From assembly GCF_001194135.2 (NCBI RefSeq), contig NC_069000.1, positions 872,094 through 936,093 on the forward strand: a DNA stretch of 64,000 nucleotides. The letters run 5' to 3'. Positions 37,937-51,600 of this stretch are shown here, in pieces. The notes under the pieces are model-generated. The model did no database searches. It was not told where the DNA came from and saw nothing but the letters and a program-made list of their open reading frames with translations. Within the stretch, counting starts at the first letter, position 1. The number at the start of each line of letters is the position of its first letter. A program made the translations under genes and the position numbers. This stretch comes from Octopus bimaculoides. Its lineage: Eukaryota.

Positions 37937-39501
37937 CGGTGGATGCTAATCACTGGTTGGATCCCCACGAAGAGATTTATTACAGGGAAAATTATGGCAC
38001 GGACCCCGTAGCCAGGCAGGACTTCTACCAACACCACCAACATCATCCTGTTGTCTTACCCCATGATGGAACTAATTTCGCTCCCAGGCATATTTCACCG
38101 CATCAAACAAATGGTAATACAACACTACTGATTTCCTTTCTTGTTCAAACTCGTTCTCTCTCGTCTCCGCCTCCACCTTCTCCAATTCAGAGTCAAATAT
38201 TTGCTGTAGAAGGCGACAGTTGATTGATAGAATTGATAAGAGTGTCGGCACTAATACCTTGTGGTCAGTGGTGGACTGGCCAGGTGGCCAGCTTGCCCGA
38301 ATGCATGTGGGCCCATATATGGGGCCCATGTTAGTGCCATACATGAGCTCACTCCCTCCCTCTAATCAGTGTTGTCTAAACAGTTGCATGGTCTACCACA
38401 CATCAGGTGTCAAAGTGATCTTGACAACTGGTGGTGGTTTGTTTACATCCCTGTAACTTAGCAGTTTGGCAAAAGGGACTGATTGAATTTAAAAAATAAC
38501 AATAAGTACTGGAGCTAATTCATTCAGCTAAAAATTCTTCAGGGCAATGCCCCAGCATGGCCGCAGTCTAATGACTGAAAGAAGCAAAAGATAAAAGGTG
38601 TATATATATATATCTGTAAGTCTTTCTGTTTGTTTTGTTTCAGGTGAAATCCATCCTCAAACCCCACAACACCGAGCTGCAGTTCTTGAAAACTCTTCGG
38701 TCAACAATAAAATGGGTTTCGATGCCATTCACAGCCGGCAAGCTGCAGCCCAGAGCAATGGCTACACACTTCCGACTGAAGCAGAGAAGCCAGCTGTGAG
38801 TTGGGACCAGCTCAACGGGTACAAGGTGCAGTATCGCAAACCTACAGATGGAGGGACAAACGCATTCCAGACAGAAACAGCCTTAAGTAGGGAATCAAGC
38901 CCACACAAACAAGAGGACTTTGTTCATATAGGTCAGTTTAGATATATATCATCATCATCAAGTATCCATTTCCATGCTGTCATAGACTTTACGATTTGAC
39001 AGGGGCTGGGTAGGCTGAAGACATCACTGGGCTTCGCTGTCTGTTTTGGCAGGGTTTTTACAGTTGGATGCCCTTCCTAACACCAACCTCCATACAGAGA
39101 GGACTAACTGCTTTTCACGTGGCACCAGCATTGGCAAGGCCTGTTTCGGCATGGTTTATATATACATAAATATTGTAGTCTCACATGTTCACAACACTCT
39201 CCTTTCTATAAATTTGACTTTGGTTTTATTACTAAGTACCAGTCAAGCACTGGGGTTCACAAAATCAACCAGCACCCCCCCCCCACTTCAAAATTCCAGG
39301 CTTTGTGCATCATCATCATCATTGTCATTAAGGTGGTGAGCTGACAGAATCATTAGCCCACTGGACAAAATGCTGCTGTGCATTGTGTCCATTTTTACAT
39401 TCTGAGGTCAACTTTGCCTCTCATCTTTTCAGGGTCAATGCAATTGACTTACCCCTCCCCTCAAAGTACTGGCCTTGTGCCAAAATTTGAAACCATTATT
39501 A

Positions 39502-39532
<31 letters not shown>

Positions 39533-42500
39533 GGTAGTTGTGAGCTGGCAGAATTGTTGCCATGCTGGACGAAATGCTTAGCAGCATTCCTTCCGGTTCT
39601 CCAAGGCCAGATTTGCCTTTTGTCCTTTTATGGTCAATAAAATAAGTACCAACTGAGTAGTTGGCTTCCCCTAAAATTGCTGGCCTTGTGCCTAAATCAG
39701 AAATTTCTTTTTTCGGTCATCTTATCAATGCACAATTTGGATGAGGAGCATTTTGTGCTTTTTGTAGGAAAGCTTTTCTTCTTTTCTTCTTTTCTTCTTT
39801 TCTTCTTTTCTCTTCTGAATCTGATTAAGATACGTTTCCTGTCCTGTGTCCACTCCTGAGTTAAGGTCAAGTTTTTCAACAAACATCCTTACACATAATG
39901 CATCATCTCTCTTTCTCTCCCTCTCTCCCTCCTCCCCTTCCTCTCTCTCTCTCTCTCTCACAGAGTCTCAATAAAGGTTTACTGGTTTTTATTTTATTGT
40001 TTATTTAATTACAGGTGGATCAGGAGAGCAGAAAGAATTGGTTCAGTTACAAATTTTATACAAAGCTCGTGGACGAAAAGTGGACGAATTGAGTCAGGAA
40101 TTATCCAACTTGAAGAAAGAGATGGAGGAGGAAGTGGAACTTTTGCAGCAGAAAGTGATGGAAGTTGCGAAAGAACGAGAAGGGGCTGTTACAAGTCTGA
40201 AGATTTGTCAGGAATTGTTAGAACAATCGAAAACGGAGGTGAGCCAGATGAAGGGTCAACTAGCAACATCGGAGACCTTGGCTCAAGCATTGACTAAAAG
40301 CAAAGAAGAAGTTATTGGCAAGCTGATGTCTGCTGAATCGGCAATTGAATCACTCAATCATCAAGTTGAAGAACTCAGTAAAAGTGAGACTCTTGAGCGA
40401 GCCCGTCTCCAGCACGACTCAATCATTGAAGGCCTGCAACATCGTTATCAGAAAGAAATCAATATTTTGAACAAAGAGATAGATTCTCTAACACAGGATA
40501 ACAAAAGCCGTGAGGAAGAGGTGTCCATGTTGAAGAGACAATTGAACGATGCCTTGAAAAATGTGGAAAACGCTCAGATCAACCGAGCTGAAACAATCAA
40601 CCGGTTGACTCGAACATTAGAAGAAAGTCAACGACAGTGCCAACATTTACTGCAAGCGTCTGCTCAGTCCAATTCTTCCAGCCAACAACTGACAGACTTC
40701 CAGAACCGCTTGCAACAAGCTGAATCGGCTAAGAGGGCAGCAGAAGAGAAATTTGCTGATTTTCAGCAGGAATTGAAGAGTCTTAAATTTCAATTGTCAA
40801 TGTTTGATTCAGCTTCCAAACTCGGTGTTTTTGCTTCCAAAGAACCTGATAAAGCAAATTCAAATTTGGAGAATTCTTTCCAGGAATTAGGTATCAAAAA
40901 GAAGCTTGTTTTCTCTACTCCAGAAACCAGTTTGAGTGAAGACTCAGGGAATGAATCCCAAATTCGAGGATTGAAGCATGAACTGGAAAGATGTTTGATA
41001 AACAACCGGGAAAAGCAGGCATATATTGAGGAACTGCGAGAGAGTGTGCAGAAGCTGCAGAAAGAAATTTCAGATTGGCAATTAAGGTGTTCGAAATCTG
41101 AAGAAACCATTGAAGCACTGAAGGTGAGGAAGAATTCAAGTTTCGAAGAAAGTTTATTACAAAAAGAACTTGAGGCAACCCGAGATGAAGTGGCCCAGTG
41201 TCAAAAAGACAACCAGAATTACAAAGAACGTCTCCGACTTGCAAAAGAAGTTGAAACTCAATTGAAAGCATGTAATGACGATCTCGAGTCTAAACTGGAA
41301 AATATCAGAGAGAAATGTGATGCTGAAAAAGTTAGTGCCTTAGAACAGTGTAAAAAAACATATGAAACATTTCAGGATGATGTGAAAGAAAGGTTATTCT
41401 TGGACTTGCAGACACAGTATGATGAAAAACATGCTTTGGTTGTGAGTGAGTGTGAAAAGAAACTTTCATTTTTGAAGAGCAATTTGGAAGCTGCTCTTAC
41501 ACGAGAAGATGAGTTGAAAGAGATTTATGTGTCTGTTTGTCAGGAAAAGAGTCAATTAGAAGATCAACTGGCACAGCAGACGACAGATTTACAAGAAAAT
41601 AATGCAAATGGAACACCCAGGCTTTCTAAACCTGATTGCTTAGAAGTTGCCAGTGTTGAAGTCCAGTGTCTGTTGGACACCGAATGTAACTCATCATCCA
41701 AAGATGTTCTCGGATCAGAATTGGAACAAGAAATGAAAGAGCGTCTATTGGTAAAAATCCAAGAGGAAATTGCTGCTGAAACACAAGAGAAACTGGAAGC
41801 TGTTCGCCAACAAGTGATCGATGGTTTCCAGAAAGAACGTGATGACGAACTAGAAAATTACAAAAAGGCTCTCCAAGAGAAAATTGAAGATGAAGTCAGG
41901 AAAGAATGGATGGTTGCTCAAAAGAATAATCAAATTCCTGTAGGGATCCAGGTTTGTTTGGATGAAAGTGAGGATAATAATGAAGAATATATTGAGAAAC
42001 TGAGGACTGAGCTGCTTGCAGAAATTGATAAAGAAAAGCAAAATGAATGGCTCCAACGAGAAACGGAAATTAAAAAGGAACATCTTGAAGAAATTAAACA
42101 ATTACAGAGGGAATTGCAACAAAAGAGTGAAAATCCTGAAATTGGGTTTGGATTTTCTATTTCATCTCAGATTATGAAAGAACGAAGAGAAGAGGAGAGA
42201 CAGAGAATAAAGTCCGGTGTGGATGCTGCCAAGATTGAATGGCAGCATCTTCATGAGTCAAGGCTAGAGATGGAGGTGAAGAGGAAGATTGCAGCCGAGA
42301 AGGAAGTGTGGCAGAAGGATGTAGTAGCAGAATGTCAGAAAGAATGGCAGGGACGATTGCAGAAAGAGAAGACAAAATGGGAGAATTGTGCTAAAGAGCA
42401 ACAGCAGAAAGCTTTGGTTGCTGCTGTGGAAATGGCCAAGAACAACTGGGCCAAACGTCAAGAAGTTCACCGAGATGAAATGCAAAAGAAACTGGAGCAG

Positions 42501-44873
42501 GAAAAGATGAATTTACAGAAAGAACACAAGGTATGGTTGAGTAAATTGTTGTCTCTGTTTACAGCTCAGTGGCCTGGGCTTGTAAGATGTAAATGTTTGA
42601 ACAATGTTACATAGGGATATGAACCAGTGACCCTCTGGCTTGTAGTTGATTCGTTCATCTGTGACTTTGATAACTGAACTGTAGTGTCATGGGATATCGC
42701 AAAACAATGATGTTTAAAAGAGGAAATGCATAATAAAGTCATTAATTCTATAAAAGAAAATATATTTTAGCCTGAAACATTTCAACAGCAACTTTTTATC
42801 ATAATTTTTCTCAGGGTAGCCATGTATCTCCTCCTCTATAGCAAGACATTTGTTCCTGTCCCTTGATCTTAATTTAGTCTCACATCACCTGGCATAGAGC
42901 CACCCCCACCCCTCACCCCTCACTTAGGGTGTCATGCAAGTAACTTGGTAACCTCACCAGTACTTAGTGTCATGTAAAAAGCACCCACTACGATCTGTAA
43001 AGCAGTTGGTATTAGGAAGGGCATCCAGCTGAAGGAACCAAGCCAAAGCAGACAACGGAGCTTGGCAGCTTCCTCCCTCGTGATGTGAAATTTGTTGAAA
43101 TATTGTCATCAATTAAATCAAGATCAATAAATTATCTGATTCTTTATTGATCCCTGAAAAATAACAGCCGGTCTTGTTGAGATTTGAACTCAGCTTCCAA
43201 AGGGCAGTAACTAAATACCACATGACATTTTGTCTGATGCTTAACCGATTTTTTCCATCCACCATTCTATTAAACTCATATTAACTCAAATAGATGTAAG
43301 AACAATGTTTAAAAAGAATTCCTTTTGGTATTTGAAGATTGCTTGGATGGAAGCAGCCAATCCCAGAGTCAGGAGAGCATCATGTGGAATGTGTTTGGGA
43401 TATTTGTTGGGATTCTTTACACTTTGGGGTCAGTTCCTGTTGAGGTCAACTGCTTTTCATCGTTTATTTATTTATTTTGAATGTGGAGGGGGTCAGTAGA
43501 AAAGTTCTCTTCTAGATTGTCAGAATGGTGTGAACATTGGAAGGAATGCTTTGACATAGTTGTTCCAGCTTCTTGCATTCCGACATTAATGTCTGTGATG
43601 AAACTGGTGCCAAGTTGTATCGGCTCTGACTTTTTGCTCTTAGATGACCATCAACGCCATGGAGTGGGGGAAGCTTGCAAGCATGAGTCACAGCTAGTCT
43701 CCTACCACAAACACATAAGAACCTTGTCCAGGCCTTACCCCTGGAGACAACCTTCCAGGTGCAGTAACCCATGGTTGATAATGATTGAGAGGGGCCCCCT
43801 ATCATTTGGACAATTTTTCTTGTGAGTTGTTTCGGGAATGGATTTTTGTAATGTTGAATATTTTATGTAGAGAAATCCAGAACTTTTTTTGAATGAAACT
43901 TTTGGTTTCTTTTGTGTAGGAAGAGCAGGGTCAATGGCAATAACTTTTACAGGGCCTTTAAGACTGGATATTAAGACAAAGCTGATGGGGGCAGGGGCAG
44001 TGATGAGGATAAGGAAATAAAGCAGTGTTTTGTTTTTTTATGCTGGTTTTTTTTTTTTTGCCAGGAAAAGCTGCAGATATTATTGAATCAACTGCAGAGT
44101 GAATATTGGACAAGTGTGAGCAGTATACAGAAGAATCTGGTCCGATATTTGTCCGAAAACAGCTTCCGAATGCAGCAATTGATTTACTTGTCTGAGAGAA
44201 ATCCAATGACCACTAATCTGTGGGACAGGTTAAACTTCCACAACATTTCGGATGTCAACAGCCGCCAAATCACAAACATTTCTCATAGGTTGGTATCACT
44301 TTAGGAATTGCATTCATTGCCAAGTTTCTTGTCTTATATTAATATCCACACCCTCCCCCACATCCTGCATGTACTCAAGCAAATAAGCCTCAAATATGGT
44401 TGCTTGACACACTAGAAATAGCAACCAGATCTCACTCAAACATACACAATTGTTTTAAAAATGGAAGGACAATGAGGGAGCCTTTCAACATAGTCATTCA
44501 ACCTGTAGAAATAACAGACAAATTTCCCTCAAAATCAGACCCTACTGTCTTAGAGAAGAAGAGGACATAAATCATGTACCCCTTAGATAGCTCCACTAAA
44601 ATAAGGGATGGTCAAGGTTGGAAAGGCTTTGATCATGGATTGCAAATTTAAAAATAAGTCCTGGGTTTGATTTCATCTATGATACCCTACAAAATGGTGC
44701 CCCAGCATGGGCTACAATCCAATGACTAAAACAAGTAAAACATTGTTATTAAAATGAAACCCATCAGCCACTTATTTCATTAGAAATGTGGCCTCAAAAG
44801 AGTTGAATCCCCCCCCCCCTGAAATTTGTTTATTGCAGATAAATGGGAAGTTTGAGTTTTTCTTTTTTTTAAG

Positions 44874-44914
<41 letters not shown>

Positions 44915-45050
44915 CAGAGCCGACCACCACCAGCTGCAGCCTCAGCCGTTTGTGCCAAGACCCTTCAACTCAGGAGATGGACAAGTTTTGAACAGAATAG
45001 AAGAGAACAGTGAAAGTTCGTATTTCGAAATATCGGAAGAATTACGGTGA
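34903..45050 (+). CDS. CEP152: Centrosomal protein of 152 kDa (Asterless ortholog), about 1309 aa
   Basis: Exons 34903-34998, 35730-35872, 37524-38113, 38644-38931, 40015-42530, 44065-44228 and 44918-45050 are GT-AG and phase-compatible (3930 nt). Motifs SINFDAAALQSQDEAEY...EELRQLL, QLQILYKARGRKV, AETINRLTRTLEESQRQCQHLLQ and EYWTSVSSIQKNLVRYL match recalled human SLDFGSVAL...[42 protein letters not shown] and QYIKAVKKIKCDMLRYI. Confidence 0.92.
39335..39700 (+). mobile_element. Two tandem copies of a second cephalopod SINE family
   Basis: gtgagctg(g/a)cagaat...aaatgct...ttt(g)cct(t)t...gtc(a)at...aagtac...ggccttgtgcc occurs twice. Reverse-orientation copies lie at 47570-47945, 56100-56285, 57590-57800 and 60815-60995. 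Confidence 0.65.
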
Positions 45051-45596
45051 ACTCTTTGATGGCAATCACTGAAGAATGTTGTCAATTAAGCAACATAGCT
45101 GAGATGGTTCTTGTCACTGTAGTCATTGTACTATATTCTTCAACGGATGGATGGATAAAAGTCTGTTAGACAGTCTCCCAGGTTTGTCCCATTCCATTTT
45201 CTCATTGACCAACATCCACCATTACACGTTTGTGGTCAGATTTCTGTTACACAAACTGGTCACCAGTTGCTATTCATCATAACCGGACTTGTGGTGGGCA
45301 TCATCATATCCAGACCACTGTCTTTCTGTGTCCAGTCAAGCTGATGGTTAGTTTTAACCATTGACCACTGTCTCTTAAGTTTTTGAACTCTGACAAACTT
45401 GTTCTTGAACACTGACCACTCAGTGTGGATGGCCAGATATGATTGCTGTCCATTTCTTACATTAACTGAGGTGCTACGGACCATTTAATCTCAATGTAAG
45501 TGCCATCCATTAACACTGTATATATGACTGTTTGTACGTTTGTGTAAATATTTATAAGTGTATATAGTAAAATACCAGTATGTATAAATGTGTGTC

Positions 45597-45632
<36 letters not shown>

Positions 45633-48600
45633 CAAATAAATAAATAAAACTTCATGTTTCAGCTCTGATGAGGTTATAAGGTTTTGCACTGGCACTCAAC
45701 TCTGGGGCCACAGTTCCTTGCAGCCAAAATAACTGTAAGCTAATGGAGATTATTACATAACTCCAGTTCTTTTGTCATTCATTAGTCATTAATGCTCACT
45801 CACACACATGGATAAATTCCAGATCTGAATGAGATTTTCTTTTGAGATGAATTTATACATATGTGTATGATGATGATGATGATGATGTGTATGTATTCCA
45901 GATGTAATAGGGGTATTTTCTCCCTAGATAAATTACAGATTTGGAAGGCTGTAAATAAGAGAATGGTCGAAGCAGAATGTCTGGCAATACCATCATCATC
46001 ATCATCATCATCATTTAATGTCTCCTCCATTTGTTGGCACAGTTGGATGATTTGACGAGATCTAATGAGTTGGGCCGTATCATGCTCCAATCATCATCGT
46101 ACGTCCGTGTTTCCATGCTGGCATGGGTTGGACGGGTTTGTCACAATAATCCCTCACCATCTGATACAATGAGTAAAACAACACAGCACTCGATTCAGCC
46201 CAGGACTGAATTCTAAGAGCAAAAGAAACTGAGGAGTTGTAACATTCAAATTTTGTTTTGGGAGTTTTTGGTGAAGTGAAGAGTTTCAACTTGAAACTAA
46301 AGCAGCTCATCATATCTTACTGGATTTGAAAACCTCAGGGTTGATATATCAAAAGCGAACTTAACCCTCAGGATCTGCAAATATACTCTAACGAGAGCAA
46401 TTTTGTTTGATTGTACCCCTGGAAGACGCAAAAGCAAACAGCCACATGGCTTTGCAGTTACAACAGAAAATAATATTTCTGCTAATTAGCAAATCATAGA
46501 CACAAAACCAAATGTAATCACCTGCTTTTGGGTCTCCTTAGGGTTTAGTCAACCCCCACCACCACTAAAGCATACTCACAGGTGTTAATTTATAGACTTT
46601 AAGAAACAGGACATCAGAATCTCTTACTGATGTCTTCTCTCTTGGGATAAATTTCTTAACGACACCATATTTGTAACGAATTAAAGAAAATTGCATAAAA
46701 CTCTTTTAGATGAAATGTCCACAGCAGTTTATTTTCAAAAGCTATTTGAATTTTATAATTTTTATAAACAGAAAATAACATTAAATTGTACAAATGAATT
46801 CACATTAAAAAGTAAAAAGAAAATGAAAAAAATTATATTTGGAATGTTTGCTTTGTAATTAGTTTATTATCATTATTTTATTTTATTATATTTTCGTAAT
46901 GAGATGACTAACTATGACAAACACAAAGCCGTGGACTATGATGAGGATGAGGATGATGATGATGATGAAGAGGAGGATGATGGCGGTGGTGGAATTGAAA
47001 TAAACTGTCATGACAGGTGAAGTTAAAAAAAAAAACAAAAAAAAGTCAGTGAACCAGAAACAATTCACTGGAGGAGAAAGAAAGAAAAATAGTCAAAACA
47101 AATCTGGAAGCTTAACGGGATTAAAATGAAAGAAAAGATGGAAGAATTGAGGTTTCCAGAGGCACTAAGTCACTATTGAAGTTAAAATGGCTGGTAGCAT
47201 TAAAATATATATATATTAGGAGGGGAGGTCTCTTCAAGAGACCCTTATTTTAAACCAAATCCATTCTCTGACAAAAGAGAAAGAGAAGCCTCGAATTAGC
47301 AATGATGCTTATGGGCAGTCACTCAAAATGCAAGAAATAGTAGCCAAATTATATCCTAGCATCATTTAAAAAAGGACATGAATTCAGATAATGTGAAACC
47401 TAGATACTGCTAAAAAGACTGGTTACAGCTGAAATGACTTCAGTCATAAATCTGCTTGATCAGGATTGACTAAAGACTAAACAAAAACAAAAAGTAAATT
47501 TTGTCAGTTTTGGTTCCTTAGAAATCAGAAATGTAATTTTGAAGAATCATGTAACAAATAAATAATGGTTTCTAATATAGGGACAAGACCAGCAGTTTTG
47601 AGGGGAGGGGTAAGTTGATATCATTCACCCCAGTACTTGACCCTCAAAAGGATGAATGGCAAAGTTAACCTTGGTGGGATTTGAACTCAGAATGTAAAGA
47701 GATGGAACAAATGCTGCTGCATGGTCGTTTTTTTTCCCAAGCTCTTAATGATTCCGCCAGCTTTGCTGCCTTTCATGAAATCAATTCCCTTTCCAATTCT
47801 GGCACAAGGCCAGCAATCCTTGACTGATACTGGAGGGAGGAAAGGTAAAGTTAACCTCAGCAGGATTTGAACTCAGAATGTAAAGAGCCAAAAGAAATAC
47901 CACCAGGGATTTTGTTTGATGCTCCACCGATTCTGCCAGCTCAGCAAATATTAGTTATTTCCTACAAAAGTGGGACTGTGGTGTATAAAACCCAGCTTTT
48001 GTATTTGGATATAAATACAAGTAAAAAGGATTTGAAACTGGGGGGAAGAACACATCAGTGAGAAATTTAAGTTCTTTTGTGTTGTGTTTAATATATTTGT
48101 CTAAAGTATTTTACTGAAGACAGACATTTAGGCAAGATTTGACCTTATTAAATGAACAAACAAACAAAACTAATTGTTTATATAGAGGGATACTTAAAAC
48201 TGTCCTTTTGTAAGGAGTGAAGAGAGAGAAAAAAAAAATTCTGCCTGAAGGAATCAATAATTGATCAATTATTGACCTGGCAGTGAAAATTGAGGTAGCA
48301 GAATGGATGAAACGAAGGACCAAAAGTCAGTTGCAATATACAAGCCGCTTCACTGAGAGTTTACAACCATTCTACAATGTTTGTACGGTCTTACAAATAT
48401 TAGGTGATGAAAATTAATTTTACATCACAAGACAGCTTTTAAGTAGAGAAAGTGTTTGCTTAGAAACAAAATATTTTATAATAAACTGTGAACAAAGGTT
48501 ACACAAGTGAAAATCTTGGACAATATTTTGATTGGAATTCCTTCACTTAGCATAAAGTCTACTAATGATTGAAAATGGAATTTAAAAAGAAAATTGTCTT

Positions 48601-51600
48601 CAGAATTATGCATAAATACATTAGTTTATCCAACAAAAAACAACTGGCTTTTATGAAAATTTGCTGCTGGCATTAGATAAATACATAATTCTTAGAAAGT
48701 TAATCCAAGAGATTTGGAGTGAGGAATAGCAAAGCTGCATCTCCTTCACTTTACATGAAATAACTAAGCCATAGATTTGGTTCAGTTGGAACCCCTATTT
48801 ACAACAGTGAATGGCATGAGTAAATAAGGGACAACAGAGGAAATGTCAGAAGTGGAGCAAGGAGGAGCAACAACAAGAAATTGTAAGAAGCTCTCAATTT
48901 GGGGTTAAAAATGAGCTTTCTCCATATCTTTAAATTTAGTCTTCTATCAACATTGTTTATAAAACCTTGACAAATTTTTCCAGTTTGCAAGACCAACAAA
49001 GAATCATATGATTAAAGCTTAAACTTCTGATTCACTCATTACAAACCTCTCTAAAGCAGCATGAACCATTAGTAACTAATTAGGTATTCAAAGTTAAATA
49101 GAAGTAAAGACTGGTGTTTACTTGGATAGCAATCTTGTTATATCATCACACAACATGGCAGACTGGTAGAATTTTCAAAACAGAATTTAGATCTGTATCC
49201 TATCTGGTAATCACTAAAGACTAGTTTGGTGTCTGTGCTGAGAGTAACCTGCATCTAATTCTCTTTTCATTAAGGAATTACTTTCTCTCAATGGTTTTGT
49301 GGCACCTCAAAGCTGTCAAATGCCCAAAAAGCTTAAATTAGAAGTAAAAAGAATCTTCTAAAATATACAATGACAATTGTTATAAATATCTGCTCATACC
49401 ACGTGGCCAGTAAATTAGTAAAACCTTAAATTACAAGTCCGAGACTATCACGACAATACCAAATTTTTACCATCATTCTATTGGTTAATTGCTACTTTGT
49501 GGTGGTGGTAGTTTGAATGAAATCTAAAATATGACCTTACTTTTGGCTGATGAAGAACACAAATGAAGAGACATTTAAATTTTTTTTAACTATTTTCTTG
49601 CATGGTTTTTTTTTTTTTTTAAGCTATAAATTTTACCCATCAAAATACTTCAATAGAAAATTGAATTGTAAACAACAAGTCATTTCATTTTTCTTATCTT
49701 AAGAGAAAGAACAGCCTTGGCCCTTTTGACCCAAGACCAACCTTGAATGCTTGGAGTAGAGGGGACTCAATTCGAGGCATTCAAGGACCCAAATGTAAAG
49801 TTAAATTGGACAGATTAAACCTCAAAAAGAAACTGACTTTTATCTTAATTGCATTTACAATTAAAATCCTGTAACATTAAATAAAACAATTTAGTTGACC
49901 NNNNNNNNNNNNNNNNNNNNNNNNNNNNNNNNNNNNNNNNNNNNNNNNNNNNNNNNNNNNTTTTCTCTTTGAAGATTATATAAAATCTGAGAAATAAAGT
50001 TTTTTTACTTTTCATATATATATATTTCACATGAACATATCAAATAATCTTGGTCAACAAAGAAGTGTTAAGTTTGAAAATCGGCCAGCAAAGTTTTGCC
50101 AATCTAATTTATAGAATGGGAATCCAAAACAATGAAACCAGAATTTCAAAAAATTCTAAAGTTGTTGCTTAAACTTTCAATGACGGAACTCCACATGGTC
50201 ACTCAATATGCTAAAAACAGCAGCCAAACCTCCTTTAAATCCCATCCTACTATCTTAAATGAAAGGACATATTAGATAATGTAGTCTACTGACTGCAAAA
50301 AAAAAAAAAAACAACAATGGGGTGTTTATAGCAATAAATGCTTTTGAAGAAAAGGTTCCTTAATCAAAGAAAGCCTGAGGTTTGACAATGGCAACAAAGA
50401 CGAGGAAAATCTTTAAAGAATTAATTGAAATGAAAATAAATATCCTCAAGCAACTTCAAAATGGATTTTTTAAAATCAAACTTCAGGAAAATAGCAGCAG
50501 CAGCAGACTGACAAAACTTTCTCTTTATCTTCTAATTCAAATATTCCTCCAATCACCGACCTGCAATAGTTCCAACTTAAAACATTGTCTTAAATTCTTC
50601 TAGGAATTCCAATATAGAACCCTCCGACCACACACTATTGAGAGAGAATATATATAGAAAGACTGTTTCTACTTGCCAACAGAGATACCAGAAACACAAA
50701 TGGTAAAACACAGACGTAGGCATTACAATTTCAAAATTGTCTTCCAAATTATTTATATAAACCAGAAACCATTTGATGCAACAACTGAGAATGGGAAAAA
50801 AAAAAATCAAAAGTTATATCTTAATTAAAAATAATTTTTAAAGAACCCAACCACCATCACAAACGATGAAAAAAAGAAAATTTACTCACTTTTTAATAAA
50901 CCCTGGAGAAAAAAAAGATCAAATTTCTGTTCTTAATGTTTTTTCAGTGGTTTGCCTCATGAGGATCTCCAAAGACAGGTAAGACAGGAGGAAATATTCC
51001 TTAGATGAGAATTCTTATAGAGTCGACTCCATCAAAGGCATCCCCAGACCAAGCGGTGGTCTTGTCAAGCCAAGTGATGGCTTAAGTCTACCAAAGAATG
51101 CTCCTTCCAATGAGTTTCAACACGGTTTCTCCTTTACCAAATTTCACTTTGACTAAAGCAATGATAGAAGACTCAACCAAAGTGCCACACTATGGAATGG
51201 CACCTGAAACTATGAAGCAAGAGTATTAATCACACAGTCAGACCTATGAACAGAGCAAAACCAAATATTTGAAAGAAGAATAGAACCTGTTGAACTTCAA
51301 CCAACAAAGCTAAAATCATTCACAGATCTTTCAACTAAATTTGCCAAACTCAGCAGAAATGAATTCTGATCCAATTCACTTTTGTGTGATGGAGACAGAA
51401 TTGGTTAAAGAGGGCCATAGCTCAAGTGATTCCATGACAGACTTGCTTTCAGTCCCGAAAGCTTTCAGAAATCTCTTGTCAATGATTCTCAGTGTTCTGT
51501 TAACTTACAGCAAGGAGCTGAATGGATCCTTGGGTGTTGGTTAGACAAACTGAACCAAAAAAAGAGTGAAGTGCCTTGACTAAGGCAGACATTGGCAAGT

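Noticed and set aside
38114-38223. ORF continuing past the CEP152 exon 3 donor
   Set aside because: Simple read-through into the intron; the phase-compatible donor at 38113 explains the structure.
43481-43825. Overlapping ORFs on both strands in a CEP152 intron
   Set aside because: No recognisable domain; probably old repeat debris.
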